Below, in pieces: positions 24,686 to 32,673 of a stretch of DNA of 48,122 bases. Position 1 is the first letter of the stretch. Each line of letters begins with the position of its first letter. The stretch comes from Thermoplasmata archaeon (GTDB lineage: Archaea > Thermoplasmatota > Thermoplasmata > RBG-16-68-12 > JAJISG01), in NCBI GenBank assembly GCA_046759865.1, contig JBHIDB010000002.1, positions 1 to 48,122 of the forward strand. The letters run 5' to 3'. The notes under the pieces were generated by a model. That model saw only the letters and a program-made list of their open reading frames with translations. It did not search any database and was not told where the DNA came from. Position numbers and translations under genes: made by a program.

Positions 24686-27600
24686 CTAAGAGCTTTCGCC
24701 CGAGGGGACGATGCCGATGGTGAAGGTCTCGTCGCTGATCTCCACGTCCGCGACGTAACCCTCCTCCCCTGCTTCCGAGACAAACAGGAAGTCTTTGGCA
24801 TTGGCCTCCTTCATGAGGTACTGCCTCTGCCTTCCCAGGAGGTGGCGGAGGCGCTCGTTCGCCACGAGCTGGATGACGATGGGATCCGAGTCTTCTAGCT
24901 CCAAGTCCTTCCGAGCGTCGAGGACGATCTTCATGAGTTCGTTGGCAAAGCCCTCCGCCTCCTCAGCTTCGGTGAGCCGCGTGTCCATGAAGACCATTCC
25001 CGCGCCAAAGTCCTGGACGATTACGTGGGGCGGGACAACAGCCTGGAAGCTGACCATGTCCCCGTCGATCTTTACAATCTGGCCCTCGATGCCCATTTCG
25101 TACCCGCCCTTGTCGATGCCCCTCTTGATTTTCCATGGGTCCTGCGACATGAGGATGAGTTGGATCTTCCGCGACCAGGCCTTGTAGGACCTCTCGACTA
25201 TGTCTTCCTTAATCGTCATATTGAGGTCCACCCCATGCCAGATCTCCCCCGATTCTAGAATGTCGACCTCGCGGGCGTTGGCATGGCTGAGAATCATCGC
25301 CTTGAAGTTCTCCGCTGCGGCGGCTACGTTGGGCGTCTTCGCACGAATCGCGATGCGGGGTACCGGCCAGTGGTACTCAAGGCCCGCCTTGCCGCGGGCC
25401 TTCCGAATGGCCTTGTCGACCTCTTTGACGATTTCGATAAACTCTCTGAGGGACTCGTCGTCGAGTTCGATGGTGATTCCCCCTGTCTCCCCTTGGGGCC
25501 GCTCCGTGGGGGAGAGTTTTTCCTCGACGTCCTTCGGCTCCAAAGCGGTCCTGACGGCGGCTAGACCCGCTATGGGACCCTTCTCCAAGAGGGCCTTCTC
25601 GACCTCCGGCATCATGGCCTCGACGCGGGCCTTGCGCTCCTTCGCGGCCAGACCCTCGAGAAGGTCCTGGGTGATGGGGCTCGAGGCCAGCGCCCCCAGG
25701 TCCGCGCCCTTCGCTTGGGAGATGAGGAGGGCCTTGCGCACGATCTCCCGGAGTCCTTCCAACGTCTCAGGGTCGTCCTGCAGGTCGGTCAGATCGTGCC
25801 CGTAGCGTTCCTCCGCCTCGTAAAGGAGCTGGAGGAGGTACAGCGGGAGGAGTTCGGGCTCGTTCCCGACTACAACAGCGCCGAGGTAGCAGTATTCCCC
25901 CCGCTCGAGGAGAACCTTGCTGTCCCTGAAGTCCATCCGTTTGATGCCGACGCGCTGCTTGCTCGCGAAGGCGTCCCGGAGGAACTCCTGCACGCCCTGG
26001 ATCATGGTGAGGAACAGCTCCTCGTCGAGTTCCTCCCGGAACTTCCTGCTCTCGTGTACCAGCAGTGTTCCATCAGGGAGGAAGAGGAGAGCGTCCTCGA
26101 CGGCATAGGTCCCCTTCGCGGAGACCTTGACGTCCCGGATGTAGTGGGACACGTAGGGGGTGTTGTCCAAGAGGCGTTGGTAGGTGAGCCGCAGATCCGC
26201 CAGCGTCGCGCCGGCCTTGGAGGGGCGGAGCCCGACCGTGACCCGTTTCGTCTCCCCCGGGCCTAGGCCGCTGACCTGAGAGGGCCCCTTGACCTCCATG
26301 TCGCCCCCGAACTGGATGGAGACGTCCTTGGCAGGCCAGCTCCCCTTGTTCGTGAGTTCCATCTCGTACCTCCCCCAGCTCCCCAGCTGGAGGGGAGGAA
26401 AGGTCCCCTCAACATGCACCTCGGGCTCCTTCCCTTCGAACTCCGTCTGCAGGGGCACCTGGATGGCCTGTCGGGCCTGGGGGAGCAGCACCTCGAGCTC
26501 GTCAACATCTTCCCGTTCGACGGCCTCGGTTGCTAGCTGGACGATGGCCTTCGCCCCATCCGTCACCAGCCCCTGTTCCGACGCCCGCTCGTACATCTCC
26601 GAGAGGTCTTCGAGCTCCTCGCGGTGGCGTCTCAGGAGGTAGGTCCGTTTTAGGTCCCGGGCCTCCTCGTGGGCGGACTCCAGACGCTTGGCGACGTGGC
26701 CTAGCTTGCCCTTGTCCCAAGCGTCTTGGGCGGCTCCAAGCTCCTCCTTCAGGCCGCTAACGTCGGCGCCCTCCTGCTCGAGGACCTCTACGGTACGAGA
26801 AAGTCGTCCCACCGTGGTTTCGACTTCCGCGGCCAGGACTTCTTCCTTTAGGGCCTGTACCGTGTCGTCCAAGTTCGAGACGACGCGGGCCGCCCCCTCG
26901 TAATCGCCGACTTCCAGGGCCGCCCGCGCCGTTTGCAGGTCCGTTTCGCTCCCCTCTACGCCGTGACCCAGGAGGGAGAGTCCTTCCAGGTCCTCGCTCA
27001 GGGAGTTCACTCCTGCCTCCAGCTTCTTCTGGAGTTCCTGCTGCGTCGCCAGGGCCATCTCCACGGCATCCTGGATGAGACTCCATGCGTCCTGGACGTC
27101 GTTCTCAAGGACCCCCCGGGCCTTCTCCAACAGACCCTCCGCTTCCGAAAGGTCCAGGCCGAGTGCCGTGCCCCCCCGGATGAGGTTCATCGCCTCCCCA
27201 ATGGCGGTTTCCGTCCCCTTCGGGTCCATGATCCAGCCATCCTTGGTGAAGTAGCACAGCTTGCGGCAGATCTCCTCGACCCCCTCCAGCTCGCTCAACA
27301 GGCCGCTCCACTTGTCGAGTTTCTCCCCAAACTTGCGTTCGATCTCGTTGATGAGCTCGACCATGTAGAGGGAAAGGAGGTCCGGTTCCTCGCCCAGGAG
27401 GACGGCGGTGAGGTATACGTCGGGGCCTCGCTCGATGACGATGCGACTCTCCCCGAATTCGAGACGTCGGAGGCCCACCTTCGTCCGGGTACGGAAGGAG
27501 TCCTTCACGAAGTCCTGGACCACGGTGAGCATGCCGCTGAAGACGTCCTCGTCGATCTCGTCCTGGATCTTGCGCGTCTGATGGCTGATGAGCCGGCCGT

Positions 27601-30600
27601 CGGCGTGCACGAGGAAAGCGTCCTCGACGATGTAGGTGCCTGCGGGGGAGGCATCCACGGAGGCCGCCTCTGTAACGTGGACCACCTCGCCGTCGAGGAC
27701 CCCCCGGTAGGTCAGGTCGACCTCCAGCGGGAGATGCCCGTGGGCCCGCGCCCTGACGTCCGCGCTGACGAGGTGGTTCTCCTGGGGCGCGAGACGCTTT
27801 AAGGGCTCGAGACCCTTGACCTCGACGTCCCCGCGCAGGCGGGCACTCACGTCGCTCGCGGGGGTCTGGCCGCTGTTCTTCACGTAGAACTCAAAACGAC
27901 TCCACCGGCCCTCTTCGAGCCCCTTCTTGGGAATGTCCAACTGGAGGGTGGGCCGGGCCTCGGGGGGCAGGTCCTTGGCGGCGGCACGAAGGAGGTCCCG
28001 GGCCTGACCCACGGTCGCCAGGGCGCCCCCTGGGTCGTCTTTGAGGAGACGCTTCGCCTCGGACAGGGCCTCCTTTGCGTCTTCGATCTCGAGCCCAAGC
28101 TTCTCGGCGAGACGGATGCCCCGGGAGACCTCCTTGATGGCGGCCTTGGCCGTGGGCGTTCCGTCGGCCCCGAGCTTGGTACGAGCGGCCGCAAGCATCT
28201 CCTCCATGCCCTCGGTGTCCCCGGTTTCCCACGAAGACTCGGCCTGGTCAAGGATGTCCAGGGCGTCCTCCACCGAAACGTCGGTCTCTTCACCCCCCTT
28301 TCGTTCCTTCCGCTTGGCCAGAGGCGAGGCCTGGAGGTCCTTGAGGATCTCGGAGACCCCCTGGGTGAGGGCCAGGGCTCGATCCTGCTCTCCCGCTGCG
28401 GCCGCCTCGCGCGCTTCCTCCAGAAGCGTGTTGGCTCGCTCCAGGCGGACGCCGGGTCCCTCGAGACTCTTCAGCTGCGCCTGAAGCTCCTCCACGACCT
28501 CGTCCATGTTCGCCAGCTCCGCTTTGATCCGCGTGTCCTCCACGATGTCCTCGATGACCTTGCAGTATTCCAGCGCCTCCACGTAGCGGCCGGCCTTGAG
28601 AGACCCCTGGGCGGTGGCGTAGACGTTCTCCCCTCGGGGGACGGAGAGCTTCTCCGCCTTGGCCTGTTTCAGCTTCTTGCTGACGCTCTTAAGGAGCTCC
28701 TTGGCCGCGATTTCTAGACCTCGAGCGAGGCCGTTCGCGATCTCCTCCAGCTCGGCCAGTTTCCCATCCGCCGTCTCGAAGTCGGCTTCGGCCAGGGATT
28801 CCTCTACCTCCCCCAGGAGTTCGTCAGAATCCTCGATGGTGATGTCCGCTCGACGGAGGTCTCGGAGCACCTCCTTCAGGTGGAAGAGGCGCCCCTGGAA
28901 ATCCAGGATCTTGCGGGTCACTTCGCCGCGGGCCTCGGACCGGGCCCGCTCCTTCTGGGAGCGGGTCTTCCTCTCCGCGATACGGGCCACCTCAATGGCT
29001 TCATCGAACCGGTTTTCGTCGAAGAGCTCCTGGGCCATAAGCAGCATGTCCTGCGCTTCGGGCATCGGCTTCCAGTTCTTCTCCGCCTTCTTCAGCTGAC
29101 GCTTGGCGGAAGCGATGAACTCGTGGGCGGCCCTCGCCAGATCGCTCTGGATGGCGGACGCCGTTTCCTCCAGCTCCTCGAGGAGGGGGGCTGCTTTCGC
29201 GAGCTCGTTCCCTTGCAGAGCGGCCACCGCCTGGTGAAAGGTGTCCTGGGAGTCGCTCACGTCGATGCCCGCCTTCCAGAGGCTCTCCAGAATCACCTTG
29301 ACGCGGACGGAGAGCTCCGAGAGGCGAGACAGCTCGTCCGCCTGCGCATCGGCGAGGCGTTGGGCCTCCCGAGCTTGGGCCTCCGCAACCTTGACCTCAA
29401 GGCCCTGGGCCTCCTCCAAGGCCTCTGCCAGGGAATCCTCCTTCAGGGCTTTCTTTAGCTTCGGCAGGGCGTCACGGAAGTCCCCCGCTTCATCCAGATC
29501 TTGGAGCTCCTGAATGATGCGCTCCAACTCCCCGAGTCGCGTCGCGATGTGCTTCTTGAGGGCCGCTTTGAGGCTGGCCTCCAGCTCCGAGACGACTTGG
29601 AGGAGGACTTGGAGATCCCGGACCTCCTTCTTCCCGAGTGCCGTCTCTGCGCGCTCGACGGCATCGTCCAAAGCTCCGTGATCGATCTCGGCCCGGTCCA
29701 GCAACGCGCCGAACTCCCGGGCCGTGGTGATCTTCTCTCCGGCCTCCTTCAGGGCGGCCTCCGAGCGCATGTCCTCGAGTTCTTTCTCCGCGATCTTGTC
29801 GAAGTGATCAATACGGGCCTGCTTGCAGGCCTCGAGCCCGAGGTTGGCCAGATCGAGGGCTTGGAGCGCGTCCTCATCCACCAGAGACGTCTCGGCCCGG
29901 TCGTGGAAGGCCTGCGCCTGCGGCACGCTGACCTCCAGTCGGTCCAGACCTGTGAGCTCCGTCTTCAGGTCTTCCAACGACCGCAACGCGGCGGCTGCGA
30001 GGACTTCCCTCAGGCCCTCCGTGGTCTGCTCGGACCTGGTGAGGAGGTTTTCTGCCTCCTTGATGCGCTTGTCCGTGAGGGCCTCCGACGCCTTCTCCAG
30101 CAAGCCGGCGGCGGCGCTGACCTCGATACCGGCAACCTTGAGCTCCGCCTGGGTCGTCCGTAGGCCGGCCATGCGCCGGATGAGTTCGTTCTCGCGCTTC
30201 GTGGCCTCGGCCTCAAACTTCGCCTCCACGAGGGTCTCGATCTCGGTGTGGCTCCCTTTGCTGAGCGCCTTCTCCACTTCGACGAGGAGTTCCCGGGCCC
30301 CCGAAGCGCTAACGCCCCCCTTGCCCGCCTTGTCGACGAGCATTTCCACCGTGTTGAGGACGAGATCCCGCTCCCGTTCCCGGCGCGCCTTTGCCGTCTC
30401 CCGCTGGGCCCGACTCCAGGCCTTTCGATAGACCGGCCAGCTTCCCTTCCCGAGCGCCTCCTCTGCCTCGGAGGCGGCTGCCTCGGCCTTCGCTGGGTCG
30501 GCCTTCATCGCGCGCAGGTCGTCGATTTCCGAGGTGAGAAGGTCCAGAGACTCACGAGCCTTCCGCGCGCGGGCAGCCTCCTTTGCAAGGGCACTCGCCT

Positions 30601-31609
30601 TTCGGAGGTGCTTCGTGACGTCCCCGAACTTCGCGTCGGCCAGTGCCTTCCATGCTTTCTCGAGGACCGGAATGGTCGCTGAGAGGTCCGACCCTTCCGC
30701 GGCTTCCGCCTCGAGGGCCTTTTCCACTTTGCGGATCGAGGCCTCCCCGATCTGTGTCTTGCGGGCCTTCTCGCCAAACTCCCGGGCGGTCCGCGTCCAC
30801 TTCTGGACGTCGGCGTAGACCCCGGTTTTCAGGGCCTTCCGGGCCCGCGCCAGGTATTCCTCGCCTTCCGCAACGTCGGCACGGCGGTCCGCCGCCGCCT
30901 TCAGCTTTCGCTCTACCCCATCAATGAGTTCGACCGCCCGCGCGTACTTGCGGGCATAGTCGGCCGCCCGACTCGCGGTCGCGGCCAGCTCATTGGCCTG
31001 CGTGAAGTCCGCCTTCTGGAGGGCTTCCTGGGCCTTCTGGAGGAACTCCTCGGCCTTCTCGGTCTGACCTCCCCGTTCTCGGGCGTATCCGATCCGTTTC
31101 TGGGCATCCTCGAGGCGCTTCCACGCCTTGCCGCCATGGCCGGTGAGCTTCAGACCCCGTAGGGCGGCCTGGAGGCCCTGGGACAGGTTCTTGAAGTCGT
31201 CCCGTTGGACGCGCTCCTGCAGGGCGATGACCTTCTCTTGAGCGGCCTCCACGTCAATCCCGGCCCCTTCGGCGATCCGAAGCTTGAGCTTCGCCTCGCT
31301 GATCTTGCGGTCCCAGGTCGTCCGCCGTCTGGCCAGATCCAATCCCTTCTTCAGGCCCTGGCCAAACCGCGCGGCCTCCTTCACGTCGTCGTTCTCGAGA
31401 GCCTTCCGGGCCTGGGAGAGGAGGGATCGCCCGTAGCGCGCGTCAAACCCCTCCGGGACCGACTCCATCTTCTTGGTCGTTCCCTCGAGGAGCCGCTCCG
31501 CCTCCTTCCTTCCCGTCTTCCGCGGCCGCGCCTTCGCTCCGGCGCCGCAGAAGGAACAGGCTTGCGTCTCCTCGATGACGGGGGCGTCGCAGAGCGGGCA
31601 GGAGGTCAA
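24686..31609 (-). CDS. giant (2307 aa) cytoplasmic multidomain protein of unknown function: Zn ribbon, ~22 helical repeats, 2x (beta-sandwich + longin/roadblock-like module), IleRS-C-terminal-like domain
   Basis: Uninterrupted 6.9-kb ORF with genome-typical codon bias. TTG start with AGGAG 8 nt upstream (31618-31622) and a TATA-like box at 31654-31664. CPLC-x10-CSFC at aa 4-21. No signal peptide, TM helix or P-loop seen. Confidence 0.85.
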   Translation of the reverse strand: MTSCPLCDAPVIEETQACSFCGAGAKARPRKTGRKEAERLLEGTTKKMESVPEGFDARYGRSLLSQARKALENDDVKEAARFGQGLKKGLDLARRRTTWDRKISEAKLKLRIAEGAGIDVEAAQEKVIALQERVQRDDFKNLSQGLQAALRGLKLTGHGGKAWKRLEDAQKRIGYARERGGQTEKAEEFLQKAQEALQKADFTQANELAATASRAADYARKYARAVELIDGVERKLKAAADRRADVAEGEEYLARARKALKTGVYADVQKWTRTAREFGEKARKTQIGEASIRKVEKALEAEAAEGSDLSATIPVLEKAWKALADAKFGDVTKHLRKASALAKEAARARKARESLDLLTSEIDDLRAMKADPAKAEAAASEAEEALGKGSWPVYRKAWSRAQRETAKARRERERDLVLNTVEMLVDKAGKGGVSASGARELLVEVEKALSKGSHTEIETLVEAKFEAEATKRENELIRRMAGLRTTQAELKVAGIEVSAAAGLLEKASEALTDKRIKEAENLLTRSEQTTEGLREVLAAAALRSLEDLKTELTGLDRLEVSVPQAQAFHDRAETSLVDEDALQALDLANLGLEACKQARIDHFDKIAEKELEDMRSEAALKEAGEKITTAREFGALLDRAEIDHGALDDAVERAETALGKKEVRDLQVLLQVVSELEASLKAALKKHIATRLGELERIIQELQDLDEAGDFRDALPKLKKALKEDSLAEALEEAQGLEVKVAEAQAREAQRLADAQADELSRLSELSVRVKVILESLWKAGIDVSDSQDTFHQAVAALQGNELAKAAPLLEELEETASAIQSDLARAAHEFIASAKRQLKKAEKNWKPMPEAQDMLLMAQELFDENRFDEAIEVARIAERKTRSQKERARSEARGEVTRKILDFQGRLFHLKEVLRDLRRADITIEDSDELLGEVEESLAEADFETADGKLAELEEIANGLARGLEIAAKELLKSVSKKLKQAKAEKLSVPRGENVYATAQGSLKAGRYVEALEYCKVIEDIVEDTRIKAELANMDEVVEELQAQLKSLEGPGVRLERANTLLEEAREAAAAGEQDRALALTQGVSEILKDLQASPLAKRKERKGGEETDVSVEDALDILDQAESSWETGDTEGMEEMLAAARTKLGADGTPTAKAAIKEVSRGIRLAEKLGLEIEDAKEALSEAKRLLKDDPGGALATVGQARDLLRAAAKDLPPEARPTLQLDIPKKGLEEGRWSRFEFYVKNSGQTPASDVSARLRGDVEVKGLEPLKRLAPQENHLVSADVRARAHGHLPLEVDLTYRGVLDGEVVHVTEAASVDASPAGTYIVEDAFLVHADGRLISHQTRKIQDEIDEDVFSGMLTVVQDFVKDSFRTRTKVGLRRLEFGESRIVIERGPDVYLTAVLLGEEPDLLSLYMVELINEIERKFGEKLDKWSGLLSELEGVEEICRKLCYFTKDGWIMDPKGTETAIGEAMNLIRGGTALGLDLSEAEGLLEKARGVLENDVQDAWSLIQDAVEMALATQQELQKKLEAGVNSLSEDLEGLSLLGHGVEGSETDLQTARAALEVGDYEGAARVVSNLDDTVQALKEEVLAAEVETTVGRLSRTVEVLEQEGADVSGLKEELGAAQDAWDKGKLGHVAKRLESAHEEARDLKRTYLLRRHREELEDLSEMYERASEQGLVTDGAKAIVQLATEAVEREDVDELEVLLPQARQAIQVPLQTEFEGKEPEVHVEGTFPPLQLGSWGRYEMELTNKGSWPAKDVSIQFGGDMEVKGPSQVSGLGPGETKRVTVGLRPSKAGATLADLRLTYQRLLDNTPYVSHYIRDVKVSAKGTYAVEDALLFLPDGTLLVHESRKFREELDEELFLTMIQGVQEFLRDAFASKQRVGIKRMDFRDSKVLLERGEYCYLGAVVVGNEPELLPLYLLQLLYEAEERYGHDLTDLQDDPETLEGLREIVRKALLISQAKGADLGALASSPITQDLLEGLAAKERKARVEAMMPEVEKALLEKGPIAGLAAVRTALEPKDVEEKLSPTERPQGETGGITIELDDESLREFIEIVKEVDKAIRKARGKAGLEYHWPVPRIAIRAKTPNVAAAAENFKAMILSHANAREVDILESGEIWHGVDLNMTIKEDIVERSYKAWSRKIQLILMSQDPWKIKRGIDKGGYEMGIEGQIVKIDGDMVSFQAVVPPHVIVQDFGAGMVFMDTRLTEAEEAEGFANELMKIVLDARKDLELEDSDPIVIQLVANERLRHLLGRQRQYLMKEANAKDFLFVSEAGEEGYVADVEISDETFTIGIVPSGESS
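25775..26428 (-). repeat. giant protein module 2 (aa 1728-1945), paralogous to module 1
   Basis: See module 1. Confidence 0.85.
27305..27955 (-). repeat. giant protein module 1 (aa 1219-1435): beta-sandwich (CARDB-like) + alpha/beta longin/roadblock-like domain
   Basis: Aligns along its whole length with aa 1728-1945. For example W.R[FY]E..[VL].N.G..PA.DVS......[DG]VEVKG, L.LTY, GTY.VEDA.L...DG.L..H..RK...E.DE..F..M...VQ.F..D.F......G..R..F..S.....ERG...YL.AV..G.EP.LL.LY...L...E...G..L. Confidence 0.85.
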
Positions 31610-31653
31610 CGTACCTACTCCTGGAGAGTAACGTGCGATTAGGGGCCAAATGC

Positions 31654-31664
31654 GAGTATAAAAC
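31654..31664 (-). promoter_or_regulatory. TATA-like box (GTTTTATACTC on minus strand) for the giant gene
   Basis: AT-rich box ~50 nt upstream of the TTG start. This leaves a ~20-25 nt leader that contains the AGGAG Shine-Dalgarno-like element. Confidence 0.4.
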
Positions 31665-31714
31665 TCACCACTTCGTTATCAGGCTCGATACACTGGCGTC
31701 GGGGGCGTGTGCCG

Positions 31715-31894
31715 TCAGGACAGCAGCGGACCCATCACGGTGAGGGCCAGTCCCATCCATGCGATCATGCCGATCGTGAGGACGATGCCCACCAGGTCGA
31801 AGAGGACGTTGAGGAGGATCACAAGTAACGGGGCCACGACCCCAACGAGCACGTAGAGGAGGTTTAGCAGCCAGGGTTCCAAGGCGATCCTCAC
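31715..31894 (-). CDS. small hydrophobic protein (59 aa, two predicted TM helices), not in the supplied ORF track
   Basis: My own translation: (GTG)MRIALEPWLLNLLYVLVGVVAPLLVILLNVLFDLVGIVLTIGMIAWMGLALTVMGPLLS*. The GTG start overlaps the rpe stop as GTGA. G/C-ending codons dominate, as in neighbouring genes. Confidence 0.45.
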   Translation of the reverse strand: MRIALEPWLLNLLYVLVGVVAPLLVILLNVLFDLVGIVLTIGMIAWMGLALTVMGPLLS

Positions 31895-32562
31895 CGCGGA
31901 GGCTCGAGGCCGCCCTCGGCGCTCTTCCGGAGCTTGGCGATGTTCGACCCAACGCGACCGGCGTAGACCCCGGTCCCCGCCACCAGGACGCGGGCTCCCG
32001 CTCGGGTCGCGACCCCCGCCGTCACGGTGTCGATGCCCCCGTCGACCTCGAGCTCGGTGTGAAGGCCCTCCTCATCCAGGAATTCTCGGGTCTCCTCCAC
32101 CTTGGGCAAGACCTCACTCATGAAGGCCTGGCCCCCGAAGCCCGGCTCCACGGTCATGACAAGGAAGAGGTCCGTGTCCCCCAGTAGCGGCTTCGCCGCC
32201 TCGAAGGTGGTGTTGGGCTTGATGGCCAGCCCGGTCCGGCTCCCGTGGTCCCGGATGGCTGCCAACGTCTCGGCGGGTTCCTCCTCCGCCTCCAGGTGGA
32301 TCGTCATGATACTCGCACCCGCCTCTGCGAACTCCTTGACGTAGCGACCTGGCCGCTGGATCATGAGGTGGACGTCGAACGGCACATCGGTTACGGGCCG
32401 GAGGGCAGCAACGATTGGGGGGCCGAGGGTGATGTTTGGGACGAACAGGCCGTCCATGACGTCGATGTGGACGTAGTCGGCCCCTCCTCTTTCGGCCCGC
32501 TTCACCTCCTCCCCCAGCCTGCTGAAATCGGCCGCCAGGATGGAGGGGGCGATCTTGATCAT
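31891..32562 (-). CDS. rpe: ribulose-phosphate 3-epimerase
   Basis: MIKIAPSILAADF, HIDVMDG.FVPN, DVHLM, VMTVEPGFGGQ, EVDGG. I chose the ATG at 32562 because a TATA-like box (32584-32593) lies ~27 nt upstream. Confidence 0.9.
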   Translation of the reverse strand: MIKIAPSILAADFSRLGEEVKRAERGGADYVHIDVMDGLFVPNITLGPPIVAALRPVTDVPFDVHLMIQRPGRYVKEFAEAGASIMTIHLEAEEEPAETLAAIRDHGSRTGLAIKPNTTFEAAKPLLGDTDLFLVMTVEPGFGGQAFMSEVLPKVEETREFLDEEGLHTELEVDGGIDTVTAGVATRAGARVLVAGTGVYAGRVGSNIAKLRKSAEGGLEPPR

Positions 32563-32583
32563 CCGCGGGCCATAGGTCGAGCG

Positions 32584-32593
32584 CCTTTTAGCC
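32584..32593 (-). promoter_or_regulatory. TATA-like box (GGCTAAAAGG on minus strand) for rpe
   Basis: Centred ~27 nt upstream of ATG 32562. Confidence 0.4.
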
Positions 32594-32673
32594 CTACCCC
32601 CCTGCCAAGATTCAAGTCGGGGGCCCGCCTGAGGAACGCCGATTCCCTGGATCGCAGTCAAGTCCTCAAAGCG

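Noticed and set aside
24686-31609. Giant protein as an SMC/Rad50-type coiled-coil ATPase, S-layer protein or adhesin
   Set aside because: I found no Walker A/B or ABC signature motifs, no hinge/zinc-hook CxxC in mid-protein, no signal peptide and no TM helix. The helices form a ~65-aa repeat rather than two long antiparallel coiled-coil arms.
31665-31952. 95-aa minus-strand track ORF between rpe and the giant gene
   Set aside because: It is Arg/Pro/Gly-rich and overlaps the rpe 3' end. A different frame gives a clean 59-aa two-TM protein coupled to the rpe stop, which I prefer.
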